NCBI GenBank assembly: GCA_964631015.1
Contig: CAZVXH010000002.1
Coordinates: 36-64,035, forward strand
DNA length: 64,000 nt
DNA from: an uncultured Candidatus Cloacimonadota bacterium
GTDB lineage: Bacteria; Cloacimonadota; Cloacimonadia; Cloacimonadales; Cloacimonadaceae
Direction: 5' to 3'
A program made the translations under genes and the position numbers. The notes beneath the pieces were generated by a model, which saw only the letters and a program-made list of their open reading frames with translations, made no database searches and was not told where the DNA came from. Shown here piece after piece: positions 46,101 to 55,357 of the stretch. The stretch's first letter is position 1; each line of letters begins with the position of its first letter.

Positions 46101-48181
46101 CCTCCACCAATCTGCCCAACCTGAAGCTGCAGGCCTACTTACCCGCCGGTGTCCTCTATCCCGCGCGGAACCTCACTGCGGCAGGCGGTAATGGCTTTGT
46201 CCTGCTGAACTGGATCGCTCCTTTCAGCGGAACCCCCACCGGCTACAAGATCTACCGGAACGGCAGCCTGCTGACCACCGTTACGGGGCTCACATACACC
46301 GACAACGCCGTGGTGAACGGCAGCACCTACTCCTACTATGTGGTGGCAACCTATTCTGGTGTAGACGCTGATCCCACCGCCACCGTTCAGGCCACGCCAC
46401 AATTGGTGACTTCCGCCATCATCGGCGATGGGGCCGGCAGCGGCGGAACCTCGGAAGCCTGTCCGATCAACGTGTACTATCAGAGCCTGCACGGCCAGGC
46501 CGTCTATACCAAAGCCGAGTTAAACGCCAAAGGCGTGTTCGGGCCTATCGACATCTCTCAGATCGGCTTCAATGTGACCGGCTTGCCCAGTCTCGCCATG
46601 CCCAACTACCTCATCCGCATGGGCCACACCAGCGCCGTAGATGTTGCCACTTGGATCTCCACTGGTCTCAGCCCTGTCTGGAACGCTGCCTCCTATCAAC
46701 CCACCGCGACCGGCTGGAACATGCTAACTCTGGCGACCCCCTTCACCTGGAACGGCAACGACAATATCGTGCTGGACACCGGCTTTGGCCTGATCGGTTC
46801 CTGGAACTCGAGCGGAACAACGCAGTACACATCCGTGACCAACGGCTACCGCTACGTGCGCAGCGATACAGTCGACCAGACAGATATCTTTACTGGCGGC
46901 TCAGCCACAGTCTACCGTCCAAACCTGCAACTAACTCTGGCGCCTGAAGTGGTGCAAGCCCCCGAGATCGTGGTTTCGCCTCTGACCCTGGATTTCGGCG
47001 CCGTCCTGGTAGGCAGCACCGGAGTGCTGCAGTTCACCGTGCAAAACACCGGCACAGCCGCGCTGACAGGCTCGATAAGCACCCCGCTTGGCTATACCGT
47101 GTCCCAGGTGATCGCCAAAGGCGTCAGCTCCGCCCCTGAAAGGTCCGCCGTTCCCAGCGGCAAGAGCGCGCCCGCTCTGGAAACCCAGCGCAATACCCTC
47201 ACCCTCAGTGTGCCGGCTGGTCAGAGCGTTGTCTACAACCTCAGCTTCGCTCCCACCTTGGCGCAAGCCTATCCCGGCAACGTGACCATCAGCAGCAATG
47301 ATGCCGATGAACCCACGGTCAACATCGCCATCACCGGCAGCGGCTACACCGACCCCAGCATCAGCGTGAACCCCACCAGCCTCATCTCCACCCTGCCCGT
47401 GAACGGCGGAGAAAACCTCAGCTTCCACATTGGCAATTCCGGCAGCCTGAACCTCGAGTTCACCGTCACGGAAACACCCTCCGCGGACTGGCTAAGCTTC
47501 TTCCCGCCCCTCGGAACGGTGTCGCAAGGTGCTTCACAGGAAGTGGTGGCCAGCTTCAACGCCACCGGCCTCGCCCCCGGCCAATATCAGACCACCCTCA
47601 ACGTCGCCTCCAATGATCCGGAAACCCCCCTGCTGGCAGTCACTGTGACCCTCAACGTCACCAACAACGCCCCCACCCTCAGTCTGCCTCAGGAAGGGTT
47701 CCAGTTCGACATGAATTCCACCCTGCAGGTGGATTTTAGCCAATATATCGCGGATCTGGATGGTCACACAGTCACCCTTACCGTTGGTGAGAGCGACTTC
47801 ATCCAGGCTTCCATCGTCGGACACTTGGTCACTTTCTCCGCGCCGGCCGATTGGTTCGGCAGCGAGATCCTGAACTTCGTGGTGGATGACGGCTACGCGG
47901 TTGGCTTCGGTTCCGTGACGGTCACAGTCAACCTCAATTACCTGGCTGTGCCAAACGTCACCGTCGTCAAATCCGCCGGCGGAGTCACCGTCTCCTGGGA
48001 CAATGTGGCCAACGCCAACCGCTACCATATCTACCGCGCCACCGATCCCTACGGCAATTACGGCACTCTGCCCTTCGCCACGGTGCTCGCGCCAAATTCC
48101 AGCTGGGAGGACACCGAAGTCCTGCCCATGGCCTTCTACAAGGTTGTGGCGGCTTTTGAGGAACTTCCCGCCAAACAATAA
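43139..48181 (+). CDS. giant secreted S8 (subtilisin-like) serine peptidase, 1680 aa, with Ig-like, MAM-like, 2x FN3, 2x unknown module and an FN3-like tail
   Basis: Signal peptide 'MNRRKILLTVLLVIFGTLGLAAA'. Catalytic triad contexts 'VDVQDGGFQTDHPDL', 'HGTHVSGTIAA' and 'GTSMACPHTSGVAAL'. Confidence 0.9.
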   Translation: MNRRKILLTVLLVIFGTLGLAAAPRFGERPFIDIYQVPDSAIEQGHIRIKLSEDHSALAQSFQYQNGALASFGIEELDALNLQYGIKKISPVFGDVSKNLKWGWRHVEWGLHLWFELDYDSAADIREIVLAYRGLKTNVQWAEPEYKKTLLSLNQDEVSALAETISRWTPNDPRYGEQWHYNNTGQTSGTIDADIDLPEAWDIEKGHPDVIVDVQDGGFQTDHPDLNGNLWNNPGEIAGNGIDDDANGYIDDIYGYNFVNSNATIVGHYHGTHVSGTIAAESNNSTGVSGVAGGNGTTRGVSLMSTQVFTDASSGGFETAPVYGADNGAAISQNSWGYTSVGAYDQVVLDAIDYFNANGGGAVMNGGITIYAAGNSESSGQWYPGCYSGAFAVAATTHNDTKAWYSNYDTWVDVSAPGGETSVTAQGVLSTYTGSGYDFLQGTSMACPHTSGVAALVLSYAHRNGRTLSNTELANIIRNTTDNHYAANPGYIGQLGTGRINAYQALLATDPTLPSVTITAPINGSVYDLNSSITITATATDTDGTVTGVAFYIDDVLQITDTSSPYSWVWNTTGYSGGSHVIKAIATDNDSHTATSTVTVTLLAPPDEGFETGNFSAFAWNNSSAIPWTVQSVDKFSGTYAAKSGAISSSGSTTLSLPVVVSSAGNISFWYKVSSESSYDWLRFYVDDVQQGQWSGSAGWAEASYAVGSGPHTLSWTYSKDGSVNTGSDCAWLDHIIFPPMGAYYAPPRNLTATSGNAVVNLAWQAPASGTPTGYRIYRDGNLLTTVTGLTYTDSAVVNETTYSYYVTAVYSGGVSDPSNTVTAFPTTNPLATIIIGEGTGSQTYPIDRYYNYSGHEAIYLADQIGTACNIKSLGFYKSSGVNVAPIEAVTIYMKHTTESSLATGNYSTTGYTQVFSGNFPNTATSGWMEVELNSLFAYNGTSNLAILTIKGNQAYISDYPYWTYSTTTGTQARQAHSDSAQPLSLTASTNLPNLKLQAYLPAGVLYPARNLTAAGGNGFVLLNWIAPFSGTPTGYKIYRNGSLLTTVTGLTYTDNAVVNGSTYSYYVVATYSGVDADPTATVQATPQLVTSAIIGDGAGSGGTSEACPINVYYQSLHGQAVYTKAELNAKGVFGPIDISQIGFNVTGLPSLAMPNYLIRMGHTSAVDVATWISTGLSPVWNAASYQPTATGWNMLTLATPFTWNGNDNIVLDTGFGLIGSWNSSGTTQYTSVTNGYRYVRSDTVDQTDIFTGGSATVYRPNLQLTLAPEVVQAPEIVVSPLTLDFGAVLVGSTGVLQFTVQNTGTAALTGSISTPLGYTVSQVIAKGVSSAPERSAVPSGKSAPALETQRNTLTLSVPAGQSVVYNLSFAPTLAQAYPGNVTISSNDADEPTVNIAITGSGYTDPSISVNPTSLISTLPVNGGENLSFHIGNSGSLNLEFTVTETPSADWLSFFPPLGTVSQGASQEVVASFNATGLAPGQYQTTLNVASNDPETPLLAVTVTLNVTNNAPTLSLPQEGFQFDMNSTLQVDFSQYIADLDGHTVTLTVGESDFIQASIVGHLVTFSAPADWFGSEILNFVVDDGYAVGFGSVTVTVNLNYLAVPNVTVVKSAGGVTVSWDNVANANRYHIYRATDPYGNYGTLPFATVLAPNSSWEDTEVLPMAFYKVVAAFEELPAKQ

Positions 48182-48198
48182 CCAGATCTGAAACAATG

Positions 48199-48237
48199 GC
48201 CCGGCCTGTTCCCTGGTGAATTGGCCGGGTTTTTTTT
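48199..48237 (+). terminator. intrinsic terminator after the S8 gene
   Basis: CCCGGCC...GGCCGGG stem followed by T8. Confidence 0.8.
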
Positions 48238-48254
48238 ACCCCCGGGAAAGGTTG

Positions 48255-48315
48255 TGCAAAGGAAATTGTAACTTTTGCACCGGAAATTGCAACATTAACA
48301 AGCCAATCATACATT
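48255..48315 (+). promoter_or_regulatory. two 18-nt direct repeats (TGCAaaGGAAATTGtAAC and TGCAccGGAAATTGcAAC, 21-nt period) overlapping a TTGCAA-17-TACATT promoter
   Basis: Repeats at 48255-48272 and 48276-48293. -35 at 48287-48292 and -10 at 48310-48315. The ATG is at 48336. Confidence 0.4.
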
Positions 48316-48335
48316 TTCACTTCAAAGGATCGATC

Positions 48336-51300
48336 ATGAGGAAAACCACCTTCGCCTGGCCCCTACTGCTGGCCATGCTACTGCTGATCCCCCTCTCTCT
48401 GGCAGCGCAAAACCTGCCCGGCGGCTCAGCTTTCACCGTTACCCGCGACAGCGGCGACGGCATCCAGATCAGTTTTCAACTTCCCGCCTGGGAGCTCGAG
48501 TCTGTCGAGCGCGACGGCGCCACCCTTTCCCGGGTTCGCGTGGACGGAATCCCCAATCTCTTCATCGGCGAAGAGGAGACCCTGCCGGTGTTCAGCGCCA
48601 TGGTGGCCATTCCCTGGCGCGGCGGCGTGAGCCTGCGCGACTCCGGCGACCCGGCTGAACTTCGCTCCGGGGTCCAGCTGGATTTTGCCGCCGCCCTGGC
48701 CGCGGAACGCCAAAGCGGCCGCTTGCCGGAAAAGCTCTATCCAGCCGCGCCCGCCCTCATCTCTGAACCCATGCTGCTGCGCGATTTCCGCGTGGTGAGC
48801 CTCAACGTGCATCCTTTCCAGTGGGACAGCGCCACGGGCGAACTGCTCGTGCGGGAAAGCCTTACCCTCAACCTCGATTTCGACAACGGCCCCTCCGTGA
48901 ACGAGACGACGCCAGCCCTCAGCCTTTCCCCAGCCTTTGCCAAGATCTATCCCGGCCTCATCCTCAACTACCAGCAGCTGCTTGGCCGCGATGGACTCGA
49001 ATACTCCAACCCCCGCCTGCTGGTGATCTACGGCAACTTCAGCGACGCCATCTATCTGGGCAAGGTGAACGAATACGTTACCTGGAAACGCCAGAAAGGC
49101 TTCCTCGTGAATGCCGTTAGCACCGCCACCGCGGGAACCACCTCAGGCGCGATCAAAACCTACATCCAAGGCCTGTATGACAACCCGGACACCCGGCCGG
49201 ATTACATCAGCATCATCGGCGACGCGGGCACTGGTAACATGCAGGTTCCGTCCAACGACACCTACCACGATTACAATTACACCTGGCTGGCGGGTGGCGA
49301 CAACCTGGGTGACGCCGCCATCGGCAGGATCTCGGTGGAAACCACGGAGCACCTACAGAACTACATGGCCAAGATCAACAGCTTGGAGATAAACATCAAC
49401 CCGGATGCTGCCGCCTGGCTGGACCGCATGCTGCTGGTGGGGGATACGGCTTCCTCCGGCATCTCGACCATCTACACGAACGAATACATCCACGACCGCT
49501 CCCTGGAAGTAAACCCGGATTACAGCTATACAGAGCTTTACAATGGGGCACCCCCTTCCACCAGCATCAACGCGGCCATCAACCAGGGCGTGGCTTTCTA
49601 CAATTACCGCGGCTATATAAACATGAGCGGCTGGCCCAGCACCATGGGCAACATGGCCAATGGCAACCGCCTCTTCCACGCGGTCTTCATCACCTGCAGC
49701 ACCGGCAGCTTCGGCGGAGGGACCGCCACCACGGAATCGGTGGTCCGCCATGGCACGGAAGCCTCTCTGGGAGGCGCGGTGACCGCCATCGGCATGGCCA
49801 CTTCCAGCACCCACACTCCGATGAACAACTGCCTGGACGTGGGCATCTTCCACGGCATTTATCCCCTGGGCATGCGGAACATGAGCGAGGCCATGCTCTA
49901 CGGCAAGCTCTACCTTTACGCGGTTTATGGCGTTAGCAACACCGCCCAGGCCAACAACTTCTCCGGCTTTTGCAACCTGATCGGCGACCCCACCGCCCCC
50001 GTCTATGTGGGAATTCCTGAAACTTTCAGCCTCTCCGCTCCGGCAAGCGTTCCCACCGGTACCACCAACCTGGAAGTAGGGGTGAAGGACGCCGCGAACC
50101 AGCCCGTGGCCGGCGCCTCCGTGGTACTCACCAACAGCTCCGGACAGCAAATCGCCCTGGCCTTCAGCGATGCCACCGGCCTGGCCTACCTGGATTTTGC
50201 CGCCCTCACCGGCGCTGTCAGCCTCACCGTGAACAAAGACGACTTCAAGCCACAGGTGCAGACTATTACGCTAAACAGCTCCGGCGGCCTGGCCTTTGAA
50301 GAAACGGAGATCGACGACTACGATTCCGGCAACGGCGACAACATCGCCAACCCCGGCGAAAACCTGGACCTCTATTTCTGGCTGCGCAACACCGGCGCGG
50401 TCGCCACCGGCGCGTTCAGCGGCACCCTCAGTTGCAACGATCCCTATGTGGTCCCGGTGAGTAACCCGATCAACTTTGCCTCCATCAGCCCCAACGCCAC
50501 TGGCGTCAGCAGCGCCGTGGGCATGGAAATCAGACCCAACTGCCCGGATCAGCACCGTGTGGTGCTCACTTTCACCCACGCGGGCGGGCAGATCGCCGTC
50601 CCCATGCTTGTCTCCGGCGGCCGTTTGGAGATCGTGGCCCACAGCTTTGTGGGCTCACCCGGCAATCTGGTGAATCCCGGCGACAGCTGGCCCCTCACCT
50701 TTACCCTCGCCAACAGCGGCGGCGCTCCCCTCACCAATCTGACTGGAACTCTCAGCTCCCTGGATACTTTCTTTGCAGTAAGCGATGCCCAGGGCGCCTG
50801 GGGCAACCTTGCCAGCGGCGCCAGCGCGACCAACAGTGCAAACACTTTCACTATCAGCGCCAGGAACAGTTGCCTGGACGGCATGGTGATCCCCCTCCAG
50901 CTTGATCTCACCGCCACAGACTTCGCCCAGAGCATCCCGCTCACTTTCACCCTCGGCCAAACCTCGGTCACCGACCCCCTCGGCCAGGATGCCTACGGCT
51001 ATTTCATCTTCGACGCGGGCGACACCAGCTATGACCAGTGTCCCACCTACAATTGGATCGGCATCGCCCCCGCGGAAGGCGGCAGCGGCACCGCCCTCAG
51101 CCTTTCCGACCCCGGCAACAGCTCTGACGAAGGCGATCAGGTGGGTGCGGTGGCCATCCAGACAGTGAACCTGCCCTTCAGCTTCAAGTATTACGGCGTG
51201 GATTACAGCCAGGCCTCCATCTCCTCCAACGGTTTCATCGCCTTTGGAGCCACCAACGACGCCGACTGGCGCAACTGGCGTCTGCCCGACGCTGGCGGAC

Positions 51301-54300
51301 CCAGCCCCATGGTCGCCGTTTTCTGGGATGACCTCGACCTCGTTAGCGGCAGCAGCTACGTGTACACTTGGTACAACAGCGCCCTGCATTACTATGTGGT
51401 GGAGTGGTACAACCTGTATTCCGGCTACGATGGCACCACGCAGCAGACTTTCCAGGCCATCCTCTACGATCCTCTCTATTATCCCACTCACACGGGCGAT
51501 GGCCAGATCAAGCTCCAGTACAAGGTCTTCAACAACATCGACCTCGGCGACGGAGACAGCTATCCCCACGGCAACTACGCCACCATCGGCATTGAGGATC
51601 ACACTTCCACCGTAGGCTTGGAATACACGTTTGGCAATACCTGGCCCACCGCCGCCGCCCCGCTGGATAACGAAAGCGCTCTCTTCATCACCACCCGGCC
51701 GATCATACCGGATTACCCCTATCTGGTGCTGGAACAGATCTTTGTACACGACGCCAATGCCAATGGCCATCTGGAACCCGGAGAAAGCTCCCAACTAAAT
51801 ATCCGCCTGGGCAACCGCGGTTTGGTGGATGCCACGAACGTTTCGGCAGTGCTCAGCAGCGCCGATCCCTACGTTACTGTAACCACAGCCAACGCCACTT
51901 ACGGCACCGTTCCAGCTCAGGGAAGTGCCTACCCTTCCGGCAATTACGCTGTAAGCGTGGCCCCAACCTGCCCGGCTGACCACCAGCTCACCTTTACCCT
52001 GGCCATCACCAGCGCCACCGGCAGCTGGAACTACAACTTCCCGTTGACAGTGGTGGTGCCAGAACTCAGCTTCAGCAACCCGCAGGTGAGCGATCCCAGC
52101 GGCAACCAGAACGGCATCCTCGATCCCGGCGAGACCGCCGTCATCACCATCCATCTGAACAACATCGGCGTGATCCCCAGCCCGGCTGGAACCGCCACCC
52201 TCAGTTGCTCCACTCCCGGGATCAGCGTAACGGATGCCTCGGACAGCTTTACCAGCCTGGCAGCGGGTGCCTATGCCACCCTCAGCTTCGAGCTCAGTGC
52301 CTCCGCCGCCATGACCCAGGGCACTTTGGTGACCCTCGGGTTCAACGCCCTGGCCGGCTCCACCAGCGCCAGCCACAGCGAATACCTCGAGGTGGGCGCT
52401 CCGCTGGAGGTCGTGATCGGCGCGGGTACCTCCACCCAGAACTATCCCCTCGACCGCTATTACAACTACAGCGCCCACGAAGCCATCTATCTGGCCTCCG
52501 AGATCGCCACCGCCGGCACTCTGAAAGCCCTCGCTTTCCAAAAAGCCAGCGGTACGGATGTGGATCCCATCGCCGCCGTCTCCATCTATCTGAAGCACAC
52601 CACCGCCAGCAGCATCAGCGCCGGGGATTACAGCCTCACCGGCTATACCCTGGTCTACAGCGGCGCTTTCCCGAATACAGCCGCCTCCGGTTGGATGGAG
52701 GTGGATCTGAATCCCATGTTCTTCTACGACGGTGCTTCCAATCTTTCCGTGCTAACCGTGAAAGGCTTTCAACAGTACATCAGCGGTTATCCCCAATGGA
52801 CCTATTCCGCGCCCGGGGGCAACCGCGCCCGCCAGAACCGCAGCGATTCTGCCGCTCCCACCAACTTGATGGCCTCAACCTACCTGCCCAACCTGCGCCT
52901 GAAAGTGTTTCCGGATTACGATGTCTTGCTGCCGCCGCAAAATCTGACCGCTGTACCCGGAAACGGCTTTGTGAACCTCAGTTGGGAGGCTCCCGCCACC
53001 GGTTCCCCCATCAGTTATCAGATCTATCGCAATAACACTCTGCTGGTCACAGTTACCGGTCTGAACCACACCGACACCGCGGTTGTTAACGAGACCACCT
53101 ACAGCTACCATCTGATCGCCATCTATGACGGCGGCGCTTCTGGAGCCACCCCCACGGTGCAGGCAATGCCCACCGCGGTTGTTGTCACCGAAGCCATCAT
53201 CGGCTCCGGCACCGCCAGTAGCGGTACATCTGAAGCCTGCCCCATAAACGAATATTATGAAAGCCTGCACGGCCAGTCCGTCTATACGGCTGCCGAACTC
53301 AACTCCGCCGGAGTGGTGGGACCCATCGTGATCAGCAGTATCGGTTTCAATGTGACCGGTCTGCCCAGCCTCGCGATGCCCAACTACGTGGTCCGGATGG
53401 GGCACACCAGCGCCTCCAATGTGGACGCCTGGATCTCCACCGGCCTCACCCAGGTTTGGAGTTCCGCTTCCTATCAGCCCACTGCCACCGGCTGGAACAT
53501 GTTCACACTTACCACTCCCTTCACCTGGAACGGTAGTGACAACCTCCTGGTCGACACCGCCTTTGGCGATATCGGCGACTGGAACTCCAGCGGTACCACC
53601 CAGTTTACTGAAGTGACCAGCGGCTACCGCTATGTCCGCGAGGACAATAGCGACCAGACCAACATCTTCACCGGAGGCTCCACCTCGACCTACCGCCCCA
53701 ACCTGAAGCTGCTCCTTGTGCCGGACGAGGAACCTGAACTGCTTCCCCCCACCAACCTCAGCGCCAGCGCCAGCCACGGCTACGCGCGCCTGAACTGGGG
53801 AGCCCCGGCCAGCGGAACTCCGGACGGCTACAAGGTTTACCGCGACGGCAGCCTGCTCATCTCCGTGACCGGCCTCACCCACACCGATCTCAGCGTAACC
53901 GACGGAACCACCTATCAGTATGGGGTAAGCGCGGTTTATGCCGGAGGGGAATCCGTTCCCGCCGGCCCCGTGAGCGCCACGCCCAACACTCAGCCCCCCA
54001 CGAACCTCACCGCCCTGCCCGGCAACGCCGTGGTGAACCTCAGCTGGTCCGCCGCGTCAGGCCGCGGGCTTTTCTCTGAGCTCGCTTCTTTCGGCAGCAA
54101 GGACCGCGACATCAGCGGCTACCGGATCTACCGCAACGGGGTGGCCCTCACCACGGTCGCGGCAACCTCATATCAGGATGCCGGACTGAGCAACGGGACT
54201 GCCTACAGCTACCATGTGACCACCCTCTACAGCGCTCCCGCGGGCGAATCCGCGCCTTCGAACACCGTGATCGCCACTCCGAACAACCTCCAGACCGTCA

Positions 54301-55064
54301 TTATCGGCAGCGGCACCTTGGTTACCAACGGCAACCAGAACAGCCCCCTCAACATCTGCAACAACAGCGTGCACGGCCAGTCGGTCTACACCGCCGCGGA
54401 ACTCAACGCCGCCGGCATCTTCGGACCCATCGAGATCATCGGTTTGGGCTTCAACGTGGTCACACCCCCCAACCTGCCCCTGCCGAACTTCATCATCCGC
54501 CTCAAACACACCCCGGCCACCAACGCCGCTGCCTGGAGCGATGCCACCGGACTGCAAACCTGCTACACCAACGCCGCTCTGATGCCCGTGGCCGGAGGCT
54601 ACGATCTGCTGAACTTCCAAACCCCCTTCCTCTGGAATGGAACGGACAACCTCCTCGTGGATACCGCCTTCAGCCCCGTGACGGTGGCCAGCCAAAGCGG
54701 AACCCTCCAATACACCTCCGTCAGCAGCGGCTACCGCTTCGCCTGGAGCAACAGCGACGACCAAACCGCGGTCTTCAGCGGCGGAACAGCGGTTACCCGC
54801 CGCTATAACATCCAACTGGCCTGCCGGGAGGCGGAACTCGCCCTCGACCCGCCGTCTGTCGCCATTTCCTTCAGCGGCGCCAACCGCCTGCTTACCTGGA
54901 ATAGCGTGACCAACGCCACCTCCTATCAAATCTGGTGGTGCGCCGATCCTTACGGAACTTACGAAGCGCTGGCCACCCTCAACGATCCCCTGGCCACCAG
55001 CTACACCGACACCCGCCCGGGCCTCGACCGCGCCTTCTACCGCGTGACCGCCCTGCGACCCTGA
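48336..55064 (+). CDS. giant secreted C25-like protein, 2242 aa, lacking the canonical catalytic His, with 3x unknown module, several FN3 domains and an FN3-like tail
   Basis: Signal peptide 'MRKTTFAWPLLLAMLLLIPLSLAAQ'. C25 propeptide-like N-terminus. 'YISIIGDAG'. The Cys context 'FITCSTGSF' is retained, but the aligned His-Gly reads 'NYRGYINMSGW' (Tyr codon 49614-49616). Confidence 0.85.
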   Translation: MRKTTFAWPLLLAMLLLIPLSLAAQNLPGGSAFTVTRDSGDGIQISFQLPAWELESVERDGATLSRVRVDGIPNLFIGEEETLPVFSAMVAIPWRGGVSLRDSGDPAELRSGVQLDFAAALAAERQSGRLPEKLYPAAPALISEPMLLRDFRVVSLNVHPFQWDSATGELLVRESLTLNLDFDNGPSVNETTPALSLSPAFAKIYPGLILNYQQLLGRDGLEYSNPRLLVIYGNFSDAIYLGKVNEYVTWKRQKGFLVNAVSTATAGTTSGAIKTYIQGLYDNPDTRPDYISIIGDAGTGNMQVPSNDTYHDYNYTWLAGGDNLGDAAIGRISVETTEHLQNYMAKINSLEININPDAAAWLDRMLLVGDTASSGISTIYTNEYIHDRSLEVNPDYSYTELYNGAPPSTSINAAINQGVAFYNYRGYINMSGWPSTMGNMANGNRLFHAVFITCSTGSFGGGTATTESVVRHGTEASLGGAVTAIGMATSSTHTPMNNCLDVGIFHGIYPLGMRNMSEAMLYGKLYLYAVYGVSNTAQANNFSGFCNLIGDPTAPVYVGIPETFSLSAPASVPTGTTNLEVGVKDAANQPVAGASVVLTNSSGQQIALAFSDATGLAYLDFAALTGAVSLTVNKDDFKPQVQTITLNSSGGLAFEETEIDDYDSGNGDNIANPGENLDLYFWLRNTGAVATGAFSGTLSCNDPYVVPVSNPINFASISPNATGVSSAVGMEIRPNCPDQHRVVLTFTHAGGQIAVPMLVSGGRLEIVAHSFVGSPGNLVNPGDSWPLTFTLANSGGAPLTNLTGTLSSLDTFFAVSDAQGAWGNLASGASATNSANTFTISARNSCLDGMVIPLQLDLTATDFAQSIPLTFTLGQTSVTDPLGQDAYGYFIFDAGDTSYDQCPTYNWIGIAPAEGGSGTALSLSDPGNSSDEGDQVGAVAIQTVNLPFSFKYYGVDYSQASISSNGFIAFGATNDADWRNWRLPDAGGPSPMVAVFWDDLDLVSGSSYVYTWYNSALHYYVVEWYNLYSGYDGTTQQTFQAILYDPLYYPTHTGDGQIKLQYKVFNNIDLGDGDSYPHGNYATIGIEDHTSTVGLEYTFGNTWPTAAAPLDNESALFITTRPIIPDYPYLVLEQIFVHDANANGHLEPGESSQLNIRLGNRGLVDATNVSAVLSSADPYVTVTTANATYGTVPAQGSAYPSGNYAVSVAPTCPADHQLTFTLAITSATGSWNYNFPLTVVVPELSFSNPQVSDPSGNQNGILDPGETAVITIHLNNIGVIPSPAGTATLSCSTPGISVTDASDSFTSLAAGAYATLSFELSASAAMTQGTLVTLGFNALAGSTSASHSEYLEVGAPLEVVIGAGTSTQNYPLDRYYNYSAHEAIYLASEIATAGTLKALAFQKASGTDVDPIAAVSIYLKHTTASSISAGDYSLTGYTLVYSGAFPNTAASGWMEVDLNPMFFYDGASNLSVLTVKGFQQYISGYPQWTYSAPGGNRARQNRSDSAAPTNLMASTYLPNLRLKVFPDYDVLLPPQNLTAVPGNGFVNLSWEAPATGSPISYQIYRNNTLLVTVTGLNHTDTAVVNETTYSYHLIAIYDGGASGATPTVQAMPTAVVVTEAIIGSGTASSGTSEACPINEYYESLHGQSVYTAAELNSAGVVGPIVISSIGFNVTGLPSLAMPNYVVRMGHTSASNVDAWISTGLTQVWSSASYQPTATGWNMFTLTTPFTWNGSDNLLVDTAFGDIGDWNSSGTTQFTEVTSGYRYVREDNSDQTNIFTGGSTSTYRPNLKLLLVPDEEPELLPPTNLSASASHGYARLNWGAPASGTPDGYKVYRDGSLLISVTGLTHTDLSVTDGTTYQYGVSAVYAGGESVPAGPVSATPNTQPPTNLTALPGNAVVNLSWSAASGRGLFSELASFGSKDRDISGYRIYRNGVALTTVAATSYQDAGLSNGTAYSYHVTTLYSAPAGESAPSNTVIATPNNLQTVIIGSGTLVTNGNQNSPLNICNNSVHGQSVYTAAELNAAGIFGPIEIIGLGFNVVTPPNLPLPNFIIRLKHTPATNAAAWSDATGLQTCYTNAALMPVAGGYDLLNFQTPFLWNGTDNLLVDTAFSPVTVASQSGTLQYTSVSSGYRFAWSNSDDQTAVFSGGTAVTRRYNIQLACREAELALDPPSVAISFSGANRLLTWNSVTNATSYQIWWCADPYGTYEALATLNDPLATSYTDTRPGLDRAFYRVTALRP

Positions 55065-55084
55065 ACCTTGTATCCCCACGCTCC

Positions 55085-55114
55085 GGGGCGGGAATTTCCC
55101 GCCCCTTTCATTTT
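55085..55114 (+). terminator. intrinsic terminator after the C25-like gene
   Basis: GGGGCGGGA-ATT-TCCCGCCCC followed by TTTCATTTT. Confidence 0.75.
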
Positions 55115-55153
55115 CCCCAAAAATCCCTAACTCCCTGCGGGAAAAAATAATCC

Positions 55154-55357
55154 TTGACTGAACAGGCTTGGCCAAATATTGGTGCCAAATACGCAACTGG
55201 CTCTGATGGAAGAAGTTGGAGATCGGCTCTGAAAGTCCTTGGGGATAGCCACCACGGGACCGCCGCTCTCACCACCGGAACCCCATGTGCAAACGATACC
55301 AGTCTCCTTAACGATAGTGTAAAACGCCGCTCCTTCCCGGGGCGGTTGTTTTTTTTC
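55154..55357 (+). ncRNA. candidate small transcript (~150-170 nt) bounded by a promoter-like site and an intrinsic terminator. Identity unknown
   Basis: TTGACT-17-TATTGG at 55154-55182. Terminator CCGCTCC-TTCCC-GGGGCGG plus TTGTTTTTTTT at 55327-55357. It lies between two other transcription units, and I recognised no convincing ORF, RBS or known RNA-family motif. Confidence 0.25.
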
